DNA from: Candidatus Atopostipes pullistercoris
GTDB taxonomy: Bacteria; Bacillota; Bacilli; Lactobacillales; Carnobacteriaceae_A
NCBI GenBank assembly: GCA_019116785.1
Contig: DXAZ01000033.1
Coordinates: 2,941-66,940, forward strand
Length of the DNA: 64,000 bases
Direction of reading: 5' to 3'
The notes under the pieces are model-generated. The model saw only the letters and a program-made list of their open reading frames with translations. It did not search any database and had not been told where the DNA came from. Shown here in pieces: positions 1 through 9,490 of this stretch. Numbering within the stretch: position 1 is the stretch's first letter; each line of letters begins with the position of its first letter. Position numbers and translations under genes: made by a program.

Positions 1-1307
1 GGATAAATGGTCAATGAGCCATCTTCGCTCACTTGTAATTCATTTTCAGCAAGCTCTACCTTTTTTCTAAAAAACTGTTTATTTTGTTCTAAAAACTGAC
101 GAACAACTTCTTGGTTTTCTTCTTCTGTAATCGTGCATGTCGAGTAAATGAGCTCTCCACCTGATTTTAATGTTTTACTTGCCTCGTTTAGTATTTCTAG
201 TTGTAATTTTTGTAAAGATAAAATATCTTTTTTAGTTTTATTGTAACGAATTTCTGGTCGACGTCGCATTAACCCAAGTCCTGAACAAGGAGCATCAACT
301 AAAACTCGATCAAAGGTTTCAGGCTCGAATTGATCTAAAACTTGTCGTGCATCTAAACGTTTGGCCTCTACAACTTCTTCGACTCCTAGCCTTTTAGCAT
401 TCTCTTTAATCAAATGAACTTTATGGTCATGAACATCTAAAGCTACAACTTTCCCGCCTTTTTCTTGCTCTAAAAAATTAGTTGCTATATGCATCGTTTT
501 GCCACCTGGGGCAGCACAAGCATCTAAAACATAATGGGAAGGTTTAACCTTTAAAGCAGGAGCCACAAGCATCGAACTTTCATCTTGAACGGCTAGATAG
601 CCTTCTTTAAATAATCGGGAATTAACAGGAACCCCTTTTTCTATGATAATTCCATAAGGTGAAACCGTACTTTTGGATCCCTCAAATCCTTCTTCTCTTA
701 ATTCATTGATCGCTGCTTCTCGTGAAATCCTATTAAGATTTACTCGTAAACTCAATTTTGGTCGTTGACTGAAAGATTCAGCGAATTCTTCTGCTTCTTT
801 TTTTCCATGTAAGTTGATAAATTCATCAATTAACCATTGTGGTAGACTATATTGAATACTTAAACGCTTATTGATTGGTTGTAGTTGGGTAGGTTGTCGT
901 ACACCTTTTCTTTGGATATTTCTTAAAACCCCATTAACAAATCCAACAATTCCACGATGTCCCCTAACACGTGCGATATTAGCTGCTTCGTTAAGAATCG
1001 CATGATCAGGAATTCGATCTAAGAATTCCATCTGATAAAGTGAAACTCGAAGAAGTTGTCTAACCCAATGGGATATTTTTTTTTGCTTCTTTAAAAAAGG
1101 CTCCAGTTGATAGTCCAATAACATCCTTCTTTGTAACACACCATAAACCAACTCTGTCAGTAAATTGGCTTCTTCTTTAGACAATTCATGGTTATTTATG
1201 ACTTCACGCAATAACAAATTACTGTATGCATCTTCTTGTTCAATTTTTTCTAATACTTCGACAGCTAAATATCGACTACTCTGTAAAATTTGCTTCTTTT
1301 TTGTCAA
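1..1307 (-). CDS. rsmB: 16S rRNA (cytosine967-C5)-methyltransferase RsmB; 3-prime end runs off the window
   Basis: Not in the ORF track (no stop inside window). My minus-strand translation starts at TTG 1307, preceded by AGGTAGGTG with an in-frame TAG just upstream. It gives a NusB-like N-terminus (DAYSNLLLREVI, LTELVYGVLQ) and SAM-MTase motifs VLDACAAPGGKT and VLVDAPCSGLG. Lies downstream of fmt as usual. Confidence 0.85.
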   Translation of the reverse strand, partial: MTKKKQILQSSRYLAVEVLEKIEQEDAYSNLLLREVINNHELSKEEANLLTELVYGVLQRRMLLDYQLEPFLKKQKKISHWVRQLLRVSLYQMEFLDRIPDHAILNEAANIARVRGHRGIVGFVNGVLRNIQRKGVRQPTQLQPINKRLSIQYSLPQWLIDEFINLHGKKEAEEFAESFSQRPKLSLRVNLNRISREAAINELREEGFEGSKSTVSPYGIIIEKGVPVNSRLFKEGYLAVQDESSMLVAPALKVKPSHYVLDACAAPGGKTMHIATNFLEQEKGGKVVALDVHDHKVHLIKENAKRLGVEEVVEAKRLDARQVLDQFEPETFDRVLVDAPCSGLGLMRRRPEIRYNKTKKDILSLQKLQLEILNEASKTLKSGGELIYSTCTITEEENQEVVRQFLEQNKQFFRKKVELAENELQVSEDGSLTIY

Positions 1308-1450
1308 AATAGCACCTACCTATATATTAAGGATGACATCTTCAGACAACAACATTACTATTATATTCACTCAAGCGTTTAAAATCAATGTTCATTCCAT
1401 ATTTGGGATTTAAAGAGAATTTCTTTGAATCAAAAACCATTCGCTTCACC

Positions 1451-2392
1451 TTATTCCAAAAACTGATCATCAACCTTCAAATCAGTACCAATTAAATATT
1501 GATCAATCTTCATTCTCTTTTTACCAGCTGGTTGAACTTCTTTTAAAGAAAGAATCGTCTTTTCTCCACAAGCAACATATAATAGTTCTTTATCTAGTTT
1601 TACTATGGTTCCTGGTTCTTTAGAGGTTTCCTCATGTACTACTTGAGCATCCCAAATTTTAAACCGTTTCTCTTCCATTATTGTATAAGCTCCTGGAGCG
1701 GGTCGTAAGGCACGAATAAGATTATTAATTTCTTTTGCCGTTTTTTTCCAATCAATTTTTTCTTGTTCTTTTGTAATCATTGGTGAAAAAGAAACTTTTT
1801 CCTCGTCTTGTTTAATAGATGCATTTTTACCCGCAAAAATATCTGGTAAAGTATCCATTAATAAATCGCGACCTAGAAGACTTAATTTTTCAAATAAAGT
1901 TCCCGTATCGTCTTCCTTTGTAATAGGAATTTCTCTTTGCGCAATAATATCCCCAGCATCCATAACTTTTTCCATATACATAATTGTAATTCCTGTAACC
2001 TCATCACCTTTTAAAACCGCATAATGAATAGGAGCCGCTCCTCTATACTTAGGCAATAGTGAGGCATGAACATTGATTGCACGATAAGTTGGGGCCTTTA
2101 ATAGTTTCGTCGGTACATATTGTCCATAAGCTGCCGTAATCAATAAATCTGGTTCCAACTCTAATATTTGTTGCATTTCTTGGGAATTAGATAATTTTTC
2201 TGGTTGTAAAACAGGAATGTCATAAGTCATAGCTAGTTGTTTGACTGGAGAAGGAGTAAGGATTTGTTTACGCCCTACTTTACGATCCGGTTGAGTTACA
2301 ACCGCAGCTACTTCAATTGTCTCTTCTTCTATTAAAGCTTGTAAAATAGGGACTGAAAAACTAGGCGTTCCCATAAAAATAACTTTTTTCAT
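1451..2392 (-). CDS. fmt: methionyl-tRNA formyltransferase
   Basis: 313 aa. N-terminus MKKVIFMGTPSFSVPIL, then INVHASLLPKYRGAAPIH formyltransferase core. Position priA-fmt-rsmB is conserved. Confidence 0.93.
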   Translation of the reverse strand: MKKVIFMGTPSFSVPILQALIEEETIEVAAVVTQPDRKVGRKQILTPSPVKQLAMTYDIPVLQPEKLSNSQEMQQILELEPDLLITAAYGQYVPTKLLKAPTYRAINVHASLLPKYRGAAPIHYAVLKGDEVTGITIMYMEKVMDAGDIIAQREIPITKEDDTGTLFEKLSLLGRDLLMDTLPDIFAGKNASIKQDEEKVSFSPMITKEQEKIDWKKTAKEINNLIRALRPAPGAYTIMEEKRFKIWDAQVVHEETSKEPGTIVKLDKELLYVACGEKTILSLKEVQPAGKKRMKIDQYLIGTDLKVDDQFLE

Positions 2393-2431
2393 ATTTCAAT
2401 AGCTCCTTGCTTCGTTTTTTAATCTTTTCTA

Positions 2432-4852
2432 TTATAAAAACTGATTTGGTTGTGGATCAATTTTTATCATCAAACCTTGGGCTTGTTCCTTTTGAGTACT
2501 ATTCAGTAACTGATGAAGCCCTTCATTTAAACGTTCTTCATTTTTATACTTAATAATCAACTGAAAATGGTATTTATTGTGAGTTCTTGCTACAAATCTT
2601 GGTGTCGGACCTAAAAGGATGGCCTGCTTGCTTAGGTAAGGTTTGATAAATTCCGCCACTTGTTGGATTTTTTTCGCTGCAGTAACTTCATTTTCATGAC
2701 TAACTTGAATACTCGTTAAAAAATAGTAAGGACTATAGTCACTCAAATGGCGATACTTCATCTCTTTTAAATAAAAAGTATCATAATCATGATTTTGTGC
2801 CAATTGAATGGCATAATGCTTGGGGTTGTATGTTTGAATGACGACATCCCCATTTATTTCACCACGACCTGCTCGTCCACTCACCTGCGTTAAGAGTTGA
2901 AAAGTCTTTTCCGCTGAACGAAAATCTGGTAACCCTAAAGCGGTATCCGCATTTAATACGCCTACAAACGTGACATTTGGAAAATCTAAACCTTTGGCAA
3001 TCATCTGTGTCCCCAATAAAATATCGGCTTCTTGATTTCCAAACTTTTGTAAAAGTCGCTCATGGGCTCCTTTTCGGCGAGTAGTATCTACATCCATACG
3101 AATAATATTCGCTTTTGGTAATAATTTATTTAGCTCTTCTTCCACCTTTTGTGTCCCCGTTCCAAAATAACGTATTTTAGAACTATGACACGAAGGACAA
3201 ATTTTAGGAATAGCTTCCTCATGACCACAATAGTGACACTTCATTGAATGAGTATCCATATGCAAGGTCTGTGAAATATCACAATTCGGACATTTCAACA
3301 CAAAACCACAATCTCGACACATCAGAAATGAAGAATATCCTCGCCGATTTAACATTAATACAGATTGTTCTTTATTCGCTAGTCGTTGGGCTAGTGCCTC
3401 TTTCAAAGGAGTTGAAAACAAAGAAGAATTTCCTTCTTTCATCTCTTCTCGCATATCAATGATTCTAACATTCGGTAAAGATTGATGATTTACTCTTTCC
3501 TTAAGTTCAAGTAACGTATAGACATTTTTAGAAGCACGTGCTCTAGATTCTAACGAAGGCGTTGCACTTCCTAAAACCACTGGACAGTTATGTTCTTTCG
3601 CACGCCAAATAGCTACATCTCGTGCATGGTATCTTGGAGAATCTGATTGTTTATATGTTGTCTCATGCTCTTCATCAATAATAATAATTCCAATATTTTC
3701 TAAAGGCGCAAACACACTAGAGCGAGCACCTACTACAACTTTTGCTTCTCCTTTTTCAATTTTTCGCCATTCATCATATTTTTCTCCATCCGAAAGACCA
3801 CTATGTAAAACAGCAACCAGTTCACCAAAGCGCCCTTTAAATCGATGAACCATTTGAGGAGTTAGCGCTATTTCTGGAACTAAGACAAGCGCACCTTGAT
3901 CTCTTTTTAATCCTTCAGCAATAGATTGAAGATAAATTTCCGTTTTTCCACTACCAGTGACGCCTTGTAATAAAAACACTTCATGTTCATCATTTTGAAT
4001 CGTATGGTTTATCTTATCGTAAGCCGCTTGTTGTTCATGATTTAAAGTGAGAGGTTCGGTGTGTTGAAATTCTGATTTTTCATAGGGATCTCGATAAAGT
4101 TCAACTTCTTTTACTTCACACCAGCCTTCCTCTACCCCTCGTTGAATGACTGATGGGCCAATTTCGTAATCTTGTTTGAGTGTTTTTTGGTCGATTTTTT
4201 CATCTTCAGCTAATTGAAGGAGATGTTCAATCAATTGTTTTTGCCGGAAAGCTCTATTACTGATTTTTCCATAAATCTCTTTTAATTGAGCAATTGGTAA
4301 CTTTCGGGAAATCACTTTCTTTACTTTTTTATTTGTTTTATCGTCTACCAAATAATTGACTTCTATTTTTCCTTCTTTTTTTAACTTCAACATTTCACTT
4401 GTTAAATCTCTATTTTCAACCTCTTCCCAACTGATCCAATTCTTTCCTTGAAAGATATCAAATAATTGACTGTCGTCTATTTCTTTATCTGTCAACTTTA
4501 CTATTTTTTGATAGCGTGCCCTTAAAACAGTTGGTAACATGGTTTGATAACAACTTATACGAAAACTATAGGTTGTTTGTGCCATCCATTCTCCTAAATG
4601 AATCATTTCTTGATTTAATACTGGATCTAAATCCATCAGCTTTAAAATTTCTTTTAAATCTCCATCAAAGTTCTGCTCATCTTTAAGCTTTGTGATAAAA
4701 CCTTGTACTCGACGATCTCCCTGTCCAAAAGGAACAATCACGCGCATCCCAACGGCAATATCTTCTTGAAATTTTTTAGGAATCTTAAATTCATAAGGGA
4801 TGTTTGTTTGAAGCGTTGGAACATCCACAATTACCTCCGCAATCTCCTGCAT
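2432..4852 (-). CDS. priA: primosomal replication restart helicase PriA
   Basis: Walker A GVTGSGKT, DEEH box, Cys-rich zinc region CRDCGFVLKCPNCD...CHYCG...CPSC. Start trimmed to ATG 4852 (MQEIAEVIVDV), preceded by GAAAGGAAG. The track start at 4918 would overlap coaBC. Confidence 0.9.
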   Translation of the reverse strand: MQEIAEVIVDVPTLQTNIPYEFKIPKKFQEDIAVGMRVIVPFGQGDRRVQGFITKLKDEQNFDGDLKEILKLMDLDPVLNQEMIHLGEWMAQTTYSFRISCYQTMLPTVLRARYQKIVKLTDKEIDDSQLFDIFQGKNWISWEEVENRDLTSEMLKLKKEGKIEVNYLVDDKTNKKVKKVISRKLPIAQLKEIYGKISNRAFRQKQLIEHLLQLAEDEKIDQKTLKQDYEIGPSVIQRGVEEGWCEVKEVELYRDPYEKSEFQHTEPLTLNHEQQAAYDKINHTIQNDEHEVFLLQGVTGSGKTEIYLQSIAEGLKRDQGALVLVPEIALTPQMVHRFKGRFGELVAVLHSGLSDGEKYDEWRKIEKGEAKVVVGARSSVFAPLENIGIIIIDEEHETTYKQSDSPRYHARDVAIWRAKEHNCPVVLGSATPSLESRARASKNVYTLLELKERVNHQSLPNVRIIDMREEMKEGNSSLFSTPLKEALAQRLANKEQSVLMLNRRGYSSFLMCRDCGFVLKCPNCDISQTLHMDTHSMKCHYCGHEEAIPKICPSCHSSKIRYFGTGTQKVEEELNKLLPKANIIRMDVDTTRRKGAHERLLQKFGNQEADILLGTQMIAKGLDFPNVTFVGVLNADTALGLPDFRSAEKTFQLLTQVSGRAGRGEINGDVVIQTYNPKHYAIQLAQNHDYDTFYLKEMKYRHLSDYSPYYFLTSIQVSHENEVTAAKKIQQVAEFIKPYLSKQAILLGPTPRFVARTHNKYHFQLIIKYKNEERLNEGLHQLLNSTQKEQAQGLMIKIDPQPNQFL

Positions 4853-4892
4853 GATTTTCTTCCTTTCTCTTAAATCTTTTCTTGAGTTTATA

Positions 4893-6116
4893 TTATGAAT
4901 GGTGATCAAGTTCTTCAATTATTTTATCTAATAAGCGTCTAGCAATCTCTGTTTTCTTAGTTTTTTGAACTTCAAGACGTTGGTGTTCTTTAGTAAAAAT
5001 GACGACTTGATTATCATCTGAATCAAATCCTGTATCTTCTTTTCCTACTTCATTGGCGACAATCAAATCTAAATTCTTTTCGGCTAATTTTTTCACAGCA
5101 TATTCTTCTAAATGATCTGTTTCTGCCGCAAAACCTACTAAGAATTGATTTTTTTTCTTTTGACCCATTGTTTTTAATATATCAGGATTTTCTTTTAATT
5201 CAATGTTTAATAATTTTGAATAATCTTCTTTTTTCATTTTTGACGTTGCAGGATGTGCTACACCATAATCTGAAACAGCTGCTGCCATAATTAAAATATC
5301 TAAATCATCAAAACGTTCATCAATAGCTTCAAACATAGCTTTAGCAGAATCCACTTGAACACGTTCAATGGCTTTTGAAGCGTTTAGTGCACTGGTAGTT
5401 ACTAAGGTTACTTCTGCACCATATTGGTAAGCTGCTTCAGCAATAGCATGACCCATTTTTCCTGAAGAATCATTTGTAATATAGCGAACTGGATCAATTC
5501 GTTCTTTTGTCCCACCTGCGCTGATTAATATTTTATAGCCACGGAGAGGAAGCGTCATATCTTTAGTCATTATAAAATTCTCTAACTCTTCCAAAATACG
5601 CTCATTTTCCGGATAACGTCCCTTCCCTTCATACCCTTCCGCTAAAAATCCTGTATCTGGATCAACGACATAAACTCCTCTATTTTTTAATGTTTGGATA
5701 TTTTCTTGAGTGGCAGGATTTTCAAACATATCTGTGTTCATTGCTGGAACTACAAAAATTGGAGAAGCTGTCGCTAATAGGGCTGATGTTACAAAATTAT
5801 CAGCTAAACCATAGGCCATTTTTCCTATTGTATTTGCCGTTGCAGGAGCTACTATTGAAATATCCGCCCAATCAGAAAGATCCACATGAGAAACATGAGC
5901 GGGATTATTTTCACTAAAAGTATCCACATAGACTTCATGTCTACTTAATATCTGAAAAGTCATCGGCGTTACAAATTTTGTCGCAGAATCAGTCATAGCA
6001 ACACGTACCTGTGCTCCATTTTTTATAAAGCTGCGCATTAAATCGACGACTTTATAAACTGCGATTCCTCCTGTAACATAAAGAGCAATTTTTTTATTTT
6101 TTAACATGCTAGACAC
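4893..6116 (-). CDS. coaBC: bifunctional phosphopantothenoylcysteine decarboxylase / phosphopantothenate-cysteine ligase
   Basis: 407 aa. Flavoprotein N-domain (KKIALYVTGGIAVYK) plus DFP C-domain (ISAGGTKERIDPVRYITNDSSGKMG). The track start is GTG 6116. ATG 6107 (MLKNKK) with AAGGAA upstream is an equally good start. Confidence 0.9.
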   Translation of the reverse strand: MSSMLKNKKIALYVTGGIAVYKVVDLMRSFIKNGAQVRVAMTDSATKFVTPMTFQILSRHEVYVDTFSENNPAHVSHVDLSDWADISIVAPATANTIGKMAYGLADNFVTSALLATASPIFVVPAMNTDMFENPATQENIQTLKNRGVYVVDPDTGFLAEGYEGKGRYPENERILEELENFIMTKDMTLPLRGYKILISAGGTKERIDPVRYITNDSSGKMGHAIAEAAYQYGAEVTLVTTSALNASKAIERVQVDSAKAMFEAIDERFDDLDILIMAAAVSDYGVAHPATSKMKKEDYSKLLNIELKENPDILKTMGQKKKNQFLVGFAAETDHLEEYAVKKLAEKNLDLIVANEVGKEDTGFDSDDNQVVIFTKEHQRLEVQKTKKTEIARRLLDKIIEELDHHS

Positions 6117-6298
6117 CGTTCCTTATTTATGTATTTCTTCTATTTTATCAGAAATGAATCCCAAAGGAGGGATATGTTGGGATTTGTTCCTAATTTATTT
6201 TATAAACCAACGGATAAGGTCATAAAATTTCTATCATTTATGGAGTTGATTGATTTTTTGAAGAGATGAGCAGCAAGGCCTAATGTAAACAGAAAAAT

Positions 6299-6347
6299 AA
6301 AATCTTTCATAAACAACCATTTACTCCGTTGCGATATGAAAGATTTT
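6299..6347. terminator. hairpin downstream of rpoZ (probable gmk-rpoZ terminator)
   Basis: AAAATCTTTCATA ... TATGAAAGATTTT: 13-bp AT-rich inverted repeat with a 23-nt loop. T-rich flanks on both strands. Confidence 0.45.
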
Positions 6348-6375
6348 ATTTGTATATTATTCAATCTGTTATCTA

Positions 6376-6606
6376 TTATAAACTCATGCCTTCAATACTT
6401 TCAGGATCAATAACAAGATCTCCAGAAGCAATTTCTTCTAATGCTTTCCCAACATGTGAAATAGAATGATAATCATCTAATATTTCATGATGGTTCTTAT
6501 CTTCTTCATTTTCCAATTGATGCGCTCGTTTAGAAGCTAAAATAACGAGCGAATATTTTGAATCTACTTGTTCCAATAAACTGTCAATTGATGGATGGAT
6601 TAACAA
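6376..6606 (-). CDS. rpoZ: DNA-directed RNA polymerase omega subunit
   Basis: 76 aa. MLIHPSIDSLLEQVDSKYSLVILASKRAHQL is the typical RpoZ N-terminus. Immediately follows gmk. Confidence 0.92.
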   Translation of the reverse strand: MLIHPSIDSLLEQVDSKYSLVILASKRAHQLENEEDKNHHEILDDYHSISHVGKALEEIASGDLVIDPESIEGMSL

Positions 6607-7224
6607 TTATTTCATCTCCTCTATAATTTTTGAGAATCGATCAATATTTCTTTCAACTTTCAAATGTTCACTTTCAATAATACTACGTATCTTACGTGCT
6701 GCTTCGTCAACTGAACCATTTTCAACAACATAATCATAGTATTTTATGAGTTGCAATTCTTCAACTGCTTTTTCCATTCGTTGTCCTATAACTTCAGGAC
6801 TATCTGTTCCACGGTTTTCAATTCGTGATTTTAATTCTTCTAAATCAGGTGGTGATAAGAAAATAAAAATTCCTTCAGGCATACGTTTTTTTACTTTTAA
6901 TGCGCCTTGGACTTCAATTTCCAAAAAAACATCTCGCCCCGAATCCAAGGTTTCGCGAACATAGTCGATCGGTGTTCCGTAATAATTTCCTACATAATTC
7001 GCATATTCTAGAAGTTTTCCTTCTTTAATATATTGTTCGAACTCTTCTTTAGTTCTAAAAAAGTAGTCCACTCCCTCTACTTCTCCAGCACGTTTTAAAC
7101 GTGTGGTCATCGAAATAGAAAAGTCAAAGTCATTATTATAATGATCAAATAAGTGTTTCCGTACGGTTCCCTTACCCACCCCAGATGGACCAGAAAGTAC
7201 GATTAGTAATCCTTGCTCCTCCAT
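6607..7224 (-). CDS. gmk: guanylate kinase
   Basis: [17 protein letters not shown]-loop; GVDYFF and YYGT motifs. Start trimmed to the ATG at 7224 (MEEQGLL), 7 nt after GAAGGGA. The track ORF extends to 7272. Confidence 0.9.
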   Translation of the reverse strand: MEEQGLLIVLSGPSGVGKGTVRKHLFDHYNNDFDFSISMTTRLKRAGEVEGVDYFFRTKEEFEQYIKEGKLLEYANYVGNYYGTPIDYVRETLDSGRDVFLEIEVQGALKVKKRMPEGIFIFLSPPDLEELKSRIENRGTDSPEVIGQRMEKAVEELQLIKYYDYVVENGSVDEAARKIRSIIESEHLKVERNIDRFSKIIEEMK

Positions 7225-7451
7225 TTTCATTTCCCTTCTACTACAGATACATGTTTGACTTGTACCTTTCATTCAATAATAACATATTTTAGCTATTTGT
7301 GAATACTTTTTAGCCATTCGATTTTAAATAATACGCCTATTTCTCAAAATACTTTAGTTCGTTACTCTTCTTCGTTTAAATATTCACTCTTTTAATTAAA
7401 CACTCTTGTGATTTATTGGAAATTTCTATATAAAATACTTTTTATTCTTTA

Positions 7452-7501
7452 TTGACAGACGAATACATGTTCGGTACAATATAAACACAAACATTTGTTC
7501 G
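7452..7501 (+). promoter_or_regulatory. sigma-A type promoter overlapped by two LexA (Cheo/SOS) boxes
   Basis: TTGACA 7452-7457, 17-nt spacer, TACAAT 7475-7480. Box 1 CGAATACATGTTCG (7460-7473) lies inside the spacer. Box 2 CAAACATTTGTTCG (7488-7501) lies between the -10 and the GGAGG RBS. Firmicute consensus is CGAAC-N4-GTTCG. Confidence 0.7.
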
Positions 7502-7513
7502 GAGGTTTAATTT

Positions 7514-7834
7514 ATGGAAAGAGTAACAGAATCTAAGAATAATCTATTAATGAATCTTTTAGATAATTACCAAGAGATTTATAGTCGCCCTCGTTTTAAA
7601 GTTTATCCACAAATGCCTAAAAATCAAATCAGTCATTTTACCAAAAAAGCTATTGACTCAAACAAAGATGTTGCGATTCAATTAAACCCGACTCCCTTTT
7701 CCGATGATTTAAATGAAGTCTCTGGAAAAATTTCAAAGTCTCCTCATTCAGAACACATTATTTTGTACCCTAAAGAAGGAAATACTTTTCATTTAATTCA
7801 ACCAGATGATATTCATCATTTACGTCTTATATAA
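7514..7834 (+). CDS. hypothetical 106-aa soluble protein, probably SOS-regulated
   Basis: GGAGG RBS 8 nt upstream, strong promoter with LexA boxes, strong terminator downstream. No TM segment. C-terminal beta-rich part (VAIQLN...EVSGKI...HIILYPKEGNTFHLIQPDDIHHLRLI) loosely resembles YolD-like proteins, but I cannot confirm that. Confidence 0.6.
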   Translation: MERVTESKNNLLMNLLDNYQEIYSRPRFKVYPQMPKNQISHFTKKAIDSNKDVAIQLNPTPFSDDLNEVSGKISKSPHSEHIILYPKEGNTFHLIQPDDIHHLRLI

Positions 7835-7866
7835 TCCACTGTACATTCACTGTTAAAAGATCAAAC

Positions 7867-7917
7867 AAAAACTCAGGTAATCGAGCCCCTTAATCGATTA
7901 CCTGAGTTTTTGTTTTT
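7867..7917. terminator. bidirectional rho-independent terminator between convergent genes
   Basis: AAAAACTCAGGTAATCGA ... TCGATTACCTGAGTTTTT: 18-bp stem, A-run upstream, T-run downstream. Confidence 0.85.
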
Positions 7918-7936
7918 ATGTAAAGTGATCCATTTT

Positions 7937-9400
7937 TTACAATATTGGAGATAATAAACGACTGAGTTGTTGTTTAAATCGGTCCCATAATGAATAGGCT
8001 TGAACAATTTCTTCTGTCAATAAGTAAGAATCTTTCATATCCTCTTCAAAATATTTAGTTTGTTCCAAAGCCGTCTTTTTACTATATAAAAAAGCATTCA
8101 CCTCAAAATTTAATTTGAAACTCCGAATATCAAAATTCGCTGTCCCTACAGAAGTAATTTCATCATCAATGACAATCGTTTTAGCATGCATAAAGCCTTT
8201 GTCGTAAATATATACTTCTCCGCCCATATTCATCAATTCTTCGGCATAACTTAAAGTCGCTTGATAAATAAATGGATGGTCTGGTTTATTTGGAATCATT
8301 AATCGAACAGTTACTCCAGATAACACAGCAAGTTCAATAGTTTCTTTTAAAGCATCATCGGGAATAAAATAAGGCGTTTGGATATATATTGACTCTTTAG
8401 CTAAACTAATCATCTTTAAAAAGCCCGTTTTAATTTGCTGCATTTCAGAATCTGGGCCACTTGATACAATTTGTATTTCTGCATCACCATTTGATTCTAT
8501 TACAGGAAAATAGTAAGGCTCATAAGCAATGAGTTCTGCTTTTCTGGAGGCATTCCAGTCGATAATAAAGCGTTCTTGTAATTGATGAACTGCATTTCCT
8601 TCAATTCGTAAATGCGTATCTCGCCAATACCCCATGTGCTCATACTCACCTAAATAATCATCCCCAACATTAAAACCACCTACATAACCAATTTTTCCAT
8701 CAATAACGACAATCTTTCTATGGTTTCGATAGTTTAGTCGAATATTTAAAAGATGAAATTTTGAACCAAAAGAAGTATCCGTCTGACCTCCATAAGATTC
8801 TAACTGCTGGAATAATGATTTTTTTAATGTACGTCCTCCAACAGGATCATATTGTACCCTAACTTCGACCCCTTTTTTAGCCACTTCTTCAAGCGCTGCG
8901 ACGACTCTTTTTCCTATTTTATCACTTTTAAAAATATAATAACTCATATGAACATGATGTTTGGCATTCTTTATATCTTTAATTAATTGATCAAATTTAT
9001 CATGACCATCTACAAAATACTCTACTTCATTATCCAAAGAAACTGGAGGTTGTTCAATCCTCATTAGCATTTTGGCCATTTCGTACTTTTTATTCTTTGA
9101 ATCTTTAAAATCCTTTTTATCAATGTATTCCAACTGATCTATTTTTATATTATTTTGAATTTCCAAATACTTAGGTAAACCTACTTTGGATTGTTCTCTA
9201 AGGTTATAAATATCTTCTTTAGAAATTTTTCTGCCTAAAAATAAATAAATAATAAGACCAACGACTGGAAAAATATTTAATACTAGCAACCAAGCCCAAA
9301 TAGCAGCAATATCTCGGTTTCTATCTGAAAAAACAGTAATGACAGAAATTAACGTATTGATGGCTATAACGGCACTTAAAAACATATAAAAATAACTCAT
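7937..9400 (-). CDS. cls: cardiolipin synthase (PLD family)
   Basis: Two HKD motifs (HRKIVVIDGKIGYVGGFNVGDDY and HAKTIVIDDEITSVGTANFDIRS) and two N-terminal TM helices. Start trimmed to ATG 9400 (MSYFYMF), preceded by GGAGGAAACAG. Confidence 0.9.
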   Translation of the reverse strand: MSYFYMFLSAVIAINTLISVITVFSDRNRDIAAIWAWLLVLNIFPVVGLIIYLFLGRKISKEDIYNLREQSKVGLPKYLEIQNNIKIDQLEYIDKKDFKDSKNKKYEMAKMLMRIEQPPVSLDNEVEYFVDGHDKFDQLIKDIKNAKHHVHMSYYIFKSDKIGKRVVAALEEVAKKGVEVRVQYDPVGGRTLKKSLFQQLESYGGQTDTSFGSKFHLLNIRLNYRNHRKIVVIDGKIGYVGGFNVGDDYLGEYEHMGYWRDTHLRIEGNAVHQLQERFIIDWNASRKAELIAYEPYYFPVIESNGDAEIQIVSSGPDSEMQQIKTGFLKMISLAKESIYIQTPYFIPDDALKETIELAVLSGVTVRLMIPNKPDHPFIYQATLSYAEELMNMGGEVYIYDKGFMHAKTIVIDDEITSVGTANFDIRSFKLNFEVNAFLYSKKTALEQTKYFEEDMKDSYLLTEEIVQAYSLWDRFKQQLSRLLSPIL

Positions 9401-9490
9401 CTGTTTCCTCCAGCATAATAAATAAGATTTATTTAAAAAAACCCCCTTCTCAAGGTTCAATGAAAAGGGAGTATATGTGTGCATTCTATT

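Noticed and set aside
1342-1440. 32-codon minus-strand ORF (MVFDSKKFSLNPKYGMNIDFKRLSEYNSNVVV) in the 143-bp fmt-rsmB spacer, with GGTGAAG upstream
   Set aside because: It is very short and has no recognisable motif. RsmB appears complete from TTG 1307, so it is not a frameshifted N-terminus. It cannot be supported without conservation data.
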